A DNA stretch of 64,000 nt from Selaginella moellendorffii (Eukaryota; Plantae; Lycopodiophyta). The translations under genes and the position numbers were made by a program. The notes under the pieces are model-generated. The model searched no databases. It was not told the DNA's origin and worked only from the letters and a program-made list of their open reading frames with translations. Location: NCBI RefSeq assembly GCF_000143415.4, contig NW_003314278.1, forward strand, positions 1,996,362 through 2,060,361. Reading direction: 5' to 3'. Positions 44,056-55,800 of the stretch are shown one piece after another; position 1 is the first letter of the stretch, and each line of letters opens with the position of its first letter.

Positions 44056-44908
44056 TCAAGAGGGATCTTCGTCTTCCACGATGATGATCTCCACCGTGCG
44101 CATCTGGCGCTTCTTCTTCCTCTTCTTCCCTTCACTGTGATGATTCTTTTTCTGTAAAGCATTGTCGACTTCTTTTCCTCTCACTTTCGGTCTCTTATTG
44201 GTGTCAACTGATCTTAAAGCCTCAGGACCATCGAGAATATGAGTACCGGAGCGTCGTGTCAGGATCAAAAAGTGAGCAACCGACTTGTAGCCAAGTTCAA
44301 TTGCCTGGAGAAACAAACAAATAAAACACGGTGGCCAGTCAACAACACACGAGCACGTACCCGCCTGGCCATCAAACCAGTTGGAGCCCAGCCTTTTCTC
44401 CGTCGACATCGGCTACAGTTACATATGTCTCTACAAACGGGGCACTTCCAGTTTTCATCCCCGAGCACCTCGTTCACGTTCTCTCCGTATCTGGCTCACA
44501 AATAGAAAAGAACTAAAGAAGATGAGAAAAAGAGAAAAAGACGAACCTCTTGTAGAGACAGTCACCGCAAAACTGGTACCTTGTCTTGCAAACCTCGCAG
44601 TAACTGCGAGGCCCCTTGGTTTTTTGCCTAAGAACAATCAATGAGAAGCTAAACACAGGGGAAAAAAAAAGTTTTTCTCGTCTTTCTTGCCTGCATTGGT
44701 GACAGGTATTCGTGTTCTCATCGTCATAGATCCGGCCAATGTGCTTCCACTCCTCCTTGGCATACCCCAGCAGCTTCTCGTGATCTTGGGTGTAAATCTC
44801 GGGCCTGCGACTGAGCCGGCCGATCAATCCCGCGAGAAAGAAGCGAGCTTACCTGTAGCCGCGCCTCCGAGCTCTCTTCTTCCTATCCGCGAGCTCCGGA
44901 AGCTCCAT
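44056..44908 (-). CDS. CDCA7-like zf-4CXXC_R1 protein, short form (multi-exon)
   Basis: RPEIYTQDHEKLLG, TCHQCRQKT, FCGDCLYKRYGE, WKCPVCRDICNCSRCR, GWAPTG, GYKSVAHFLI. Confidence 0.85.
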
Positions 44909-45519
44909 ATCGCGGGCGGCAATCCCGGCACTGTCCCAAAAGCCCTAATTGCTAAGCTAATCGCGTTAGGGCTTTTGGGAGGAAGGAGGAGCGTGAACGA
45001 TCGCGCCGAAAGCACAGGTACGTCTCGATCGCTCCACTCCGATCGCGCTCGGCGCTCGCGTCCCAGGTACAAGAATAGCAGCTTTCCTTGTGATTTCTTT
45101 GTGATGGAGAAGAACTTGGAAGATGAGGAGAATGCCTCGATGGAATGGGTGGATGAATGGATGGATGGATCAATTCTCTCCTAGGAAGCGTTTAATTCGG
45201 CTGTCAGTGGCCAGCTCCAGCAAAGTCGATCGGGCCTGGAATTAAGAAAGAAAAGGAGAAAAAGAAGAGCTTTGTCGCGTGCTACGCGTCCAAAGAGTGC
45301 CACGTGGACGGCCAGGTGGCGAGCTCAGCCATACGGGTGTGAATATGTGGCCGATAGAAAGGGAATGCGATTCTTCCTTGCAACAGTGGCTGGCCGTCAA
45401 ATCGTTGTAGGTGCCGGCTATTTGACTCGGAAAAGATCGCGGGGGTCGGTTGTCTAGAAGGCTTTGTTTCGTAGACGCCAGGGCAAAGGAGAGAAAGAGG
45501 AAAAGAGAGAATTTTGGCT

Positions 45520-46548
45520 ATGGAGCAGCAGCGGCAGCTTCTCTGCGACGATGTTTTCTGCGGTGCGATGCGGTGGATGGACGGGGAAACTCTGGCAATT
45601 GCCGGGTGTGTGAGCTCCAGCTTTCACAGGGAATCCAGGAACGAGCAGCTCTGGGAGGATTTGTGTGCCGGGAAGTGGCCGTCGGTATCGTGTGCTCGGC
45701 CACTCATCCAGCAGCTCGGAGGTTTCCACAGGCTCTACTCGGAGTGCTCCAGGCTCGTCTCGCCGGATGGTTCACCGCCGCCGACCAAAGCTGCGGTTTT
45801 TAGTCCGCAGGCCTCGGATTTTGCTTCGCTCGTCGACGTCCAGTTCCAGGGGAAGACTTTGTTTTCCAGGTTCGTGGATGGGATTCCAGGCACCGGCACC
45901 GAACTGACGACCGAGTGGTTCTCGAGCTGCCCGTTTAGAGTGGACTTGATACAGGAGTCGTCGTGTCTTCCCCAGCAGGATCGTGGTGGTCGAATGGAAG
46001 AAGACACGCTGTCGAGCTCTTCATCCTCTTCCACGGAGATGGGAAAGCTCTGGAAGGAGATTTCCGAGGGGATGAAACTGAGCTGGATCCTTATCGACAA
46101 GGGGAGCAAGCAGGCAGCGAACTTGTCGAGCTGGAGGCCGGTCTTGGGTCAGAGGCACTGGCCGACCGACATGGATTTCATCCTTCGATACGGCTCGATC
46201 CTCTCGCAGTGTCTACCGAAGCCAGTCGAGTGCAGCATAATTCTCAAGTGTAGGTTGCTGCGATCGTCAGGCTCGTCGATCGAGATCAAGCTGACGGAGC
46301 TGAGCATGCAACTCAAGGACGTTGGCAGCGGCGAGCATCTGAATGGAAGGGACGGATTACCGGTGCTGTGCCAGGCTGTGAGCTTTGCCAAGTGTAGAGA
46401 CGAGGAGCGCGTGTTGAGAACTCACAGGGAGCTGCTCAAGCGGCAGAACGAGCTCAAGGTCCACGAGCTCAAGCACGAATGGTGTTTGGATGTTTACGTG
46501 CTGGTGCTCGTACTCGCGGCTCTGGCGCTTCTCCTGTGGACGGTTTAA
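45520..46548 (+). CDS. F-box protein, At2g27310/At2g36090-like, with C-terminal hydrophobic tail
   Basis: DGETLAIAGCVSS...LWEDLC..WPS; SCPFRVDL; LSWILID; intronless. Confidence 0.78.
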   Translation: MEQQRQLLCDDVFCGAMRWMDGETLAIAGCVSSSFHRESRNEQLWEDLCAGKWPSVSCARPLIQQLGGFHRLYSECSRLVSPDGSPPPTKAAVFSPQASDFASLVDVQFQGKTLFSRFVDGIPGTGTELTTEWFSSCPFRVDLIQESSCLPQQDRGGRMEEDTLSSSSSSSTEMGKLWKEISEGMKLSWILIDKGSKQAANLSSWRPVLGQRHWPTDMDFILRYGSILSQCLPKPVECSIILKCRLLRSSGSSIEIKLTELSMQLKDVGSGEHLNGRDGLPVLCQAVSFAKCRDEERVLRTHRELLKRQNELKVHELKHEWCLDVYVLVLVLAALALLLWTV

Positions 46549-47799
46549 GATGTAAATTTTTTGTTCATCGTTTTTTCTTTGTGCGATATCAAAACAGGAT
46601 TTTTCCGCATGAATGAATGAATGATTCGATTGTATAGAAGGTTCCAAACTTGCGTGTGTCGGTAATGGACCGGATAGGTTGCCCATGAGAAATCTATTCC
46701 GCAAGTCGGCTTTTAACGCGCGTATCCTCCAACTGGCCGACTTGTGAACCGGGTACCAGTTCGAGAAGCGCCCAAGTTGTGCGTCGCACTGCTTTAACTC
46801 AACATACACTCCATGGCACTCCATTGCAGCGCCAATGATTAACTAGCACCCAGGAAACAGAGCTAATCTTAGTCTGGCTGAGCACTGCTTACTTTACGAT
46901 CTGGATATGGTGTGTATGTTCTCTAGAAGCCTAGGCAATAGAGAAGTTCCTACGAATAAAATAAATCTGACCTGTTTAGTTTGTCAAATCTTTAAGGCAA
47001 TGGCTCTTTAATTGCTTTTTTTAAAACTCTTAATTTCTTTTTCATTTTCATATACATTCAAATGAAATACATTTAATAAATATTTCATCTAACTAATTGT
47101 CACATTCTGAACTTCTATTCTTCACTAGCAACCAATTATCATATGTTGCATTCCAATCCACAATAGTTTAATTTTTGGCATTAACTCATACAAACATTAC
47201 ACATAAAAAATCTTTAAATGAAGATTAGCATGAATTTACGATTTTACATTGTTTTAAAGTGAAAATTCATGCATGAAGCTGTTATAACCTTGCCATAATG
47301 TCATTAAGCAAAAAACATTTAGTATATTAGAGAAAATGAATGTCCCATCATTGTTTATTTGTATATTTCCTTTTTACTTTAGTTTTATTAAAGAAAAATT
47401 CTATTGAATTCATTAATCATGTTGTAGCTATTTTGAACATCATTATTGATATTACTTTAGAGCAGCCCTTATATGTATTCATCTTCCTCAATTTGTAATC
47501 TTGAGGATATACTAATTAGAGAAGTTTATATTGAGGGATAATCTAAAGTTGAGTTGAGTTTAACTCAACACAAATCAATGTAAGTTAATACAGTTTAACC
47601 ATAAGTCTTACAAAGGAAATCTATATTGAAAGAATTAAGGTTGTGACGAACTTTAAAATATTGAAACATATAATTTAAATTAACTCGACATCCTGTCATG
47701 ATTTGGACAACAAGTGGTACACTGGTTCGGATACACTTGAAAGGCTACCAGTGGAGCCATCAGCTGGAGCCATCAGCTGAAGAAACGTGCCAGATTCTG

Positions 47800-49209
47800 G
47801 GAGATGTCTAGAAAATCCAGCATACAGTTGAAGAGAAAACACTTCAACCGAACAAGAAAAGCATGCTTCCAACAATGCTTCAGGCCACAAGTCTGGTTCC
47901 ATCAACGAACAAGAAGTATCTACTACAGATACATGGACCATGAGAAGCTGATCAAAAGGATCCCGCAGCCAACGGTTTGGGCAAGCAGTTGAGAGTATTT
48001 ACCGGCTTTAGTTCCATCAGCAAGCATCCTCTGGGGAAGCACGGTGTACAACTACATGTATACTGTATTTCCCTTGACAACAATTTGCTATCGAAGGCAA
48101 CGCTGCTACAGTCCTTTTCACTGGATTCTTTCGAAAATTTTGGAACAGACTCTCTGAAGGTTTGTTCTGTGTTTCTTTCTATTTGACTTACATTATTTTC
48201 GCAGCAGCAACCAGAGTTTGGAATTCAACTCACTCCAGATGGAGACAGCCTTCTGTTGCTGGGAACTTTTGCTGTTCGTAGACCCGAGCTTCCCAGTCAG
48301 TCAAATATAGTGTGGGTGGTTTCTCTTGCTGAACGTGATCCGAAGGCTGAACTTTTTGCGACTGCCGCAATGACATGCCTTTTGATGACAGGACGTCTTT
48401 CTTTGGTCACTGCTGGAGATGAAGATTGTATCAAAGAATGGCACATGGATCCGTCTTGGAGGTAATCGCTTTTCATGTTTGTATTTCCTTGCATTAATCA
48501 CGTCTTATTCAGGCATTCTCTGTATGAAGCAGATCTCCCACCTGCAAGATATAACAGCAAGACTTTCCGGACCATTTTAAAGCTAGCCATCGTTCCTCAA
48601 GCACCTCACCTTGTTCTTGGATGTGACGCGGATGGTTGGTATTTCTATCTCCGGTCAAGAAACTCACTCTCTTCTCTTACATCTTACAGGAATATCTCCA
48701 AAAAGCAGCTACTTTCTACATGCCACATTTCGAGATATACTTTTTCAGACATTCATATCGTAGATCTTTCTTTGGTGGATGATTTCAGAGATCGAGACTA
48801 CGATTGCGGTGTCTGTCTTCTGACCCAACGATGCGAAACATCAGAACCACTGGAGAATGGCCCTGCTAGAGAATAATGCCTTGTTTGTTGGCAATGATCT
48901 TGCAAACAGGTATGAAAATCTACTGGAACTTTTTTGTTCATAACATTCGATTGCAGGATATGCTCAGCAGCCGTCATGGGACGTTATGGGGTTGCTGGCA
49001 CTGACGAGGGGCAAGTTTTTCTTTGGGAATTTTCCACCGGAAAAAGAGTGGTTGAAATGTTTGAACAAAGTATGAAATTCTTGTTTTTCAAGTCGTCTCT
49101 TATGCAAGCATGCAATGTAGAATCGAAAATCGTACAAGTGAAAACTACAACGTCGTCGCGTTTACTGGCAACTGTTGGAGAGGATGGGCGTGTTGTTCTG
49201 TATGTGTAG
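47800..49209 (+). CDS. WD40-like beta-propeller protein, probably 5'-truncated (gene or pseudogene)
   Basis: Spliced exons ending GVAGTDEGQVFLWEFSTGK...LLATVGEDGRVVLYV*; no clean start before the AT-rich block. Confidence 0.45.
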
Positions 49210-49285
49210 GACGTATGGCAATACAAGTTTGTAACTCGAGCTTCACTTTCCCTGAACTTTCAGTTCGGTATCTGAAAGGAGCGCT

Positions 49286-50240
49286 TCAGCAGCTCGTCTC
49301 CCTGACAGAAGTGCTCCGTGAGACTCGATGATCTCCGCACAGGTACAAACCTGCATCAACTTTTGGTTCTTTCGAGAGGTTGGTCGGCGGAGTCTGATCG
49401 GGTTGAGCAAACAAGATCCTGTACGTCTTCAAGTGCTGCCACTTCGCTACTGTTTCCCGCCCAAACCATCCCTCAAGCTCGGACCTCACTATTTTCTCAA
49501 GGTCGGCATCTGAACTGGCGGAATATCTTCCGATCAATGTTACGGAGACGAGATCTTTTCCAGCAGGGGCGTACGAAGAGCAGACGGTGCTGGGAAAGCA
49601 CATATTGTTGATGACGCCTTTGCCAGAGCAAGACAGCTTTGATTGGGGCTCTATCAGGAGAACAGTGCTGCGAGCAGGCCTATTGGTGCTTTCCCAAGCT
49701 GTTTAGCTGCTCAGCAAACGAGCTGCTTCCGGACCTTCGACTGCCACTATTGTCCCCTTACTTGGGACTTGACGTATCAATCCGACAAGCAGCTCTTGTA
49801 CTCGGGAGCTCAACTTGATTGATTCGTCTGGAAGGCCTCGAGCAAGCTGCTGTGATATTTCGCCGATGCCTTTAGCGGGAAGGCAGTTCTGTCCCAGAGC
49901 CAGGCACTTGAATCTGGAAGCCCCTGTCCAGGACGTAGTCTTGGAGGGTGTCACTTCTCACTCGACTCCAACTCCATCCGACGCTTCAAGCAGCTGGAAT
50001 GTGACGCCTTCTTTGTGCAAGCGTCGTGCTCCCGCGAGACTAGCATGGGCTGCTCCAACTAGTACAACGTCAACCTCTGGAGGAGAGATTGAGATGCTCC
50101 ATTCTCAGTTTTGGTCGACCGTCTGGACTGCTCGCAAGGAACTCGGGGATGGCTTAAGACGAGGGCAAAGTGCTACTTGGTTGTGGTGGTGATTTTGCTG
50201 TACGTGGAAGCGGGAATTCTGATAGAGTGGGGATTCCCAT
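49286..50240 (-). pseudogene. FAD-dependent amine-oxidase-family pseudogene with internal deletions
   Basis: Degenerate dinucleotide fold (VVLVGAAHASLAG); LDRGFQI joined out of frame to FKCLALG at ~49912; C-terminal GLYLCGDH. Confidence 0.75.
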
Positions 50241-50429
50241 CGACAAGGTGGCAATGGCCACAGATAATGTGGTCGCCATACTCTCTATAGCCACTTCGTT
50301 TTGTTTTAAGAGGTTCCTTGGATTGCAGGACGAGATCCAACGGGGGTGTTTTGAGTAGTGAGCAGCGCGCGTGCAGGAGCAAGGTGAGTGGAAGTTTTAG
50401 TGCCATCCGCATTAGTTATGTTTTTGTGG

Positions 50430-51240
50430 CAGTTCATGCTCGCCGTTTGCCAGCTCTCGATTTGCGTAGACAAGGAACAGAACATCAGGCATGCTCGTGA
50501 AGCTATCCAGACGCTTGCTGATGGCGGCAGCAAGCTGATCCTTCTTCCAGTTAAGTTTTGTAGTTGTCTGTTCAGTCATAAGGAGAATGTGTTACAGGAA
50601 ATGGGGAATTTTCCAGACTCAAACGCGAGCTTTCCAATCTATGCAGGCGATTCTCCCTCTTCCAAAATACTTTCGGACATGGCAAAGAGTAAGGAGGTTA
50701 CCATCATCTGTGGCTCCATACCGGAACGACGTGGCAATCATCTCTACAATACTTGCTGCATCTACGGAAAAGATGGCTCTCTAAAAGGTAAACATCGGAA
50801 GGTTTGCTTTTCTGACGCGTCGTCTACGGTTATTTCTCATCCCTCTTTCACACCAGGTTCACTTTTTTGACATCGATATATCAGGAAAGATACAGAAGTA
50901 TACTGTTGTTGATTCGGGTAAGATCCTGCAGGCATTACGACAAGCAAAATAACTCACATTGCTCACTGGACGAATCGGTGTTGGTATTTGCTAGATGGCA
51001 ATGACTTAGGCAGCACGAGGTAGGAAGGAGGCTAGCCATGTAGCTGCTGAGTATTAAAATTTATGTTGGTGCCAGCCGTACATATGATCTGCTATCCAGG
51101 AACTTTCAACATGACTACGGATTGGGAACTCCTCCAGAAAGCCAGGTAACTCTTTGTTTCTTTCTTGTTGGGTGCGGAATTTACTGGCATGTGTTTTTCA
51201 CGATGAAGGCAAGAGCTCAGTGTGAGGAGCCACTGCCGGG
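50430..51240 (+). pseudogene. Omega-amidase (nitrilase superfamily, NIT2-like) pseudogene
   Basis: LAVCQL, GSIPE..LYNT, KHRKVHFFDID; GRIGVGIC followed by TAG (50992-50994); segments missing. Confidence 0.78.
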
Positions 51241-51249
51241 CGCTCCAAG

Positions 51250-52150
51250 GTCTTGACTCCGGACGGCACGAAACAAGTGAAGCACGGAGACAGGAAAGCT
51301 AGGTGGGGATTTCCTTCCGTTAGTTTGAAGGAAGAGGTGGCAAAGGAGTTCGCAAGGCCTCGAGTTTGGAACAGCGGGGGACCGCTGCAGCAGAAAACGG
51401 GAAAGATAGACACCAGGCAGAGGCTCAGAGACGACAAACAAGGAACAAAACGCCAAGAATCACAGCAAAACCAGCACCACCAGCACCACCAGAAGGCCGC
51501 CCTGGTGCCTGCACTGCGTCAAGAGGAACCTCCACCACCAGCATGGAACGCTGTCCGACACGAAGTGACATCGGCAGGATGTCACCCACAACAAACGAAG
51601 AGGAGACTAGCGAATTGATGGAGATGAACAACCGGGGACTCAGGGTGCTGCAGTGCTTGGCTGCAATTATCATCAGTGTTCTTCGTGACGATGTCAAGGT
51701 TTGCTCTTGCAAGAAGCTTTGATTTCTTTGACATGTTAAACGTGAGAATGTGTGTGCTCCAGGGATTGCAAGGCTGCTTGGAAGGCAGAAAAGCGGGCTA
51801 TTCGTGGTGGACGCTCTTCAACTATTTTGTCGTTGCTGCTGGGCTCGTATCGTTTGCGTACCGTCGTCTACATGCTGAAGAGGACGCTGCAACTGACCGA
51901 CCGCACCAGGCTTCCCCTCATCGTGGATGCTGCGATCAAGGATACTGTCAACTTGAAGCAACTCTTCCAAGTAAGTGCGCTTCCTCTTTTCGGTTTTGGT
52001 TTGTTTGTTGCCAGTGCTGGCTGACTTGATGATTCTAACGTAAGATTTTTGTGTAGGTCGCTGCTGTTGCTGTTCTATGCATCCAGTCAGAGCCAAGCTA
52101 CAGGCCTTTGATTGGAGACGTGGTGAACTCTCTGATCCCGCTGGGACCCA
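51250..52150 (+). pseudogene. Receptor-like kinase (At1g80640-like) remnant lacking most of the kinase domain
   Basis: QLTDRTRLPLIVD...LFQ|[30 protein letters not shown]-terminus follows shortly after an N-terminal/TM-like segment. Confidence 0.65.
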
Positions 52151-52489
52151 AGATTATTCACTAGATAATATTTTGCTAGTCAATAGTCAAAAAAGAATTT
52201 GATTTTTTTGTTGCCATTCTTTGAATATGCTAAAATATTCTTATGTCTTGTAATTCTCAACAGATATATCTTTTTGCAAAGTGTGGTCATTATGGAGAAC
52301 TAGTATCAGATTTAAAAAAATGTCTCAATAATCTTTTTGTATTGAAAAATATTTAAGATTGTAATTAATTTTTATCTTGATCAATCTGAGCTATTTGTTC
52401 TTTATTACTGTGGTTATTGTGTAATGTGTTATCTTCTGCAGTTTATCAATATTATAAAAAATATCAAGAAAATAAAAAATTAGATCCTA

Positions 52490-52830
52490 GACCTTTAGAT
52501 TGAGGTATTTGCTTCTCAACATCATGTTTAACTTTAGATAACATAACATCTTTTGTAATAATTTTTTAAAATGGGTATAAAAGTGTTAATAAATTCAAAA
52601 TTAAAAGTTGTACCTTCTTTAGATAGAGGTACCAGCATTTCAACTGGTTGGACTAATAAGACATCTTTTGTAAATTATTTTAGATATGGGTATATAAATA
52701 TTAATAAAATTCTTAATACTATACCTTCTTCTAAAAGAGGTTAGACTTGAAATAACATGGTTAATATTTTTTGTAGAATTATTAATATAATTTTTATTAT
52801 TGTACCTTCTTCCAAATGAGGTACTAGCTT
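52490..52830. repeat. Degenerate ~80-120-bp tandem repeats, each with a TACCT-N11-AGGTA-type palindrome
   Basis: gtaccttctttagatagaggtac (~52610), ataccttcttctaaaagaggtta (52721), gtaccttcttccaaatgaggtac (52802), partial copy at ~52491. Confidence 0.6.
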
Positions 52831-55800
52831 TAGGACAAGTTAGACTTTGATAACATTATATCATTTGATACATATGTCAATGTATCTTTTAAAAGGATTG
52901 CAAAGAAGTGGTTGTAGAGAAGTCTATGAACACAAAAACTTATGGTTGTCAACATGGTTAGCTTTATTTCATACGATGTGCAACTTGTAAGTATAACATG
53001 ATTTTTAGAATCTTTCTTAAATATATTATTTACAAGTATATTTGATATAAAGGAATGCCATTTGAGACACTAATTTGCACTCAATTTGTTGCAAAGGGTA
53101 TAAAGGATGGAAAAATGTACCTAACAATGTTTTAACAATTCTAAATACATAGAAGATAGATTATCCTTGGGAGTTGTAGCTCCTTAGGAAAAAGACCCCT
53201 ACACTAAACTAAGAGGAAGTTGTCAATACTAGTAATAATGGTGATGATAATGATGATGGAAAGGAGGATGAGGAAACTTTGGATCAAACCTGTATTCACT
53301 AGACAAAAGATCAACCTCTACTTCAACCATCAAATGGCCAAACTCTAGATTAAGTTCCACTAACAAATAATAATGATTGAGTAGTTTAGAGAATATTATG
53401 TTGATCATGAGGTAAATATGACTTTTATAGATTAACACATTTTTTTGTAGTGATGACTATTGGTAGTAATTTCATTCTAACTCAACGAGATGCTCATGAT
53501 AAGAAGTTGAAGGAACTCTCATCATTACCATATTATATGATGGTAGCATCTTATTTATTGTTTTTTTCATTTACTTAACTTTTTTATAAGTTTTTGGTAG
53601 AGCACACTGAGGCATTGTAGGTGTCTTTGTTGGCTCCTTTAGTAGATTGCTAATATTTTTCATGGAAGATAACATGAATATAAAATTTTACAATATTAGT
53701 TTGACCATTTGTGCCAAAAGATATAAAAGCCCTTGCTCCTAGTTGCAAGCTTCATTTTCTTGAACTTTCCAAACAGTCTTTTAGATATTGATAGGAAAAT
53801 TGAGATTGAAACTTTCTCACCAATAACCATATACATAATGTGTGAATAACCCCAATTATTTAAACCCAATAACATTTAACCCTAAATATCCTAAAACCCT
53901 TAATTAATTGGAAAATGGGGTGAACTCTTGTTTATATGCTTTTCCTCTTCCTCAAATTGGTTACTTACAATTATGATGCATATAATGGAAGTTTGTTTCA
54001 AGTTATTCTCTTCTAGGTGGATTATGGATCTTGTTCCAAGGTAAGCTTGAAAACATAAATAGGTATTCTATATTATTATAAAATTTCTAAAAAAATTATT
54101 TTCCAAGTTATGATGTGGACCATCATGCCTTTTATAGAAATACATATAATAGGTTTCATAATAGCAAGCATATAGCATGTATTTTGTCTAGATATGATAG
54201 TTCCACTAACATCATACCCAACCTTATGGATATAACATATTTCTTATATACCAATTCTAAACTCCATTAAGGATGCAAGTTTTGCTTGAGCTTTATTGCC
54301 CATTAGATGGTGTTATGATTAATTGCACAATAAGTAATAGTTCTATGATGGAGGCAACATAGGACTCTAGGAAATCAATATTTGCTATTGAAGAATATCA
54401 TGTCTTTAAATGTCGACTCAAAGGATTTTGTGAGCTACCTCCAAGAAATTATATTTATTAAAATTTCAATATATGTTTAGTTTAGTTTTATAGATCATAG
54501 TCACCTAGAGTTTCTAGAGTTAGAGGCTTGAGGAACTAGAGTTTCTAGAATTTCTAGAATTAGAGGCTTTGGAAGTTTCCTTAAGTATGTAAAAGCTATT
54601 GCAAAGTGAGTTTTCTCTAGAATCCCAATGTAGGATAAAGCATAGAAGAAACTAATATATTGATGATGAGGCAGAAGAAAGTTAAATGAATCTTTGCTTG
54701 AAATTGAAAAGCTTGTCATATATCAAATATCATAATTATAGATTGGTATTCTTACTTACAACCATTTGTAAGTTCTTGAATTTAGACTTCTTAAGAGATC
54801 ACCTACCCTAGCACTATTCAAACTCAAGGATGCTTAACCCTAAGTATCCCAAGACCCTTAACTAATTTAAAAAAGGGTGTATTTGTATTCATATGTAGTG
54901 CACGTGGTTTTAACCCTTTATCCTATGGTGATTTACCATAAAATAACCATGAAGTGAAACATAAACCCTCTATATGCCATGTGTCACATACTATGTGTCC
55001 AAAGGACAGTGGTGTGGAACTTGAGTTTCAAGGCCTTGGGCCACTGAACAAAAGAATGGAGGCAAACTCCTAAGCATAGAGTTAATGAGTGAATGAGTGA
55101 AGACACTAGAGCATAGAATGACTCTCGAGCATACAACCTAAGGAGCAAAGGGCCAAGAGCACGGAGCAACTTGGAACAGTCTTAGAGCATTCAGCATTCT
55201 AATGTTAGAACTAACACGTAAAATAGAGCCAAATGGAGTTTGGCACTATTTTAGTATATAGGTAGCCTAAAGGATATAGGTACTCCACTAACTAACATAG
55301 TGTGAAATTTGGGCTTAGACCTAATCTGGACACAAAACAAAGACAAGCATGCAAGTGGGAGTTAGCCTATGCCTCAGGTTGGTTGGCCATACCCAACCTA
55401 CCCACTATCCCTATTATACATTTGAAACCCCCTACAATGCAAATACTAACTTCAACATTGAAAATAACAAGCTAAAATGCCTTTCTCTAATAACTCTTAA
55501 TAATAATTTAAAGAACCAAAAATTTGAAGAAGCTTATAGCTAAGTTTTACCTATCAATGATCAGAAGTTTCGCATGAACCAACTTCAATGTTAAAGAAGA
55601 AATCATGGTACAACTCACAATATCTTTCTTAACACATCTATAAGGTAAACATAATGTAAAGCTAATGAAGAGCATTTATGCATTAATCCAAAAGCTAAGC
55701 ATAATAATGCTATGCTTAACAATTGATCACTAAATGATCCTCTGTGAATCCATCTATAGTAAGATATAACTTAGTTCATAACAAGTATAAAAAAATCATC

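Noticed and set aside
46820-46848. CATTG-hairpin followed by CTAG, resembling a Helitron 3' end
   Set aside because: Stem is only 5 bp, it is not followed by T, and it faces away from the gene-fragment block.
54525-54570. TTCTAGAA repeats resembling an HSE
   Set aside because: Period is 9 bp rather than 10, it lies in a local tandem duplication, and there is no adjacent gene.
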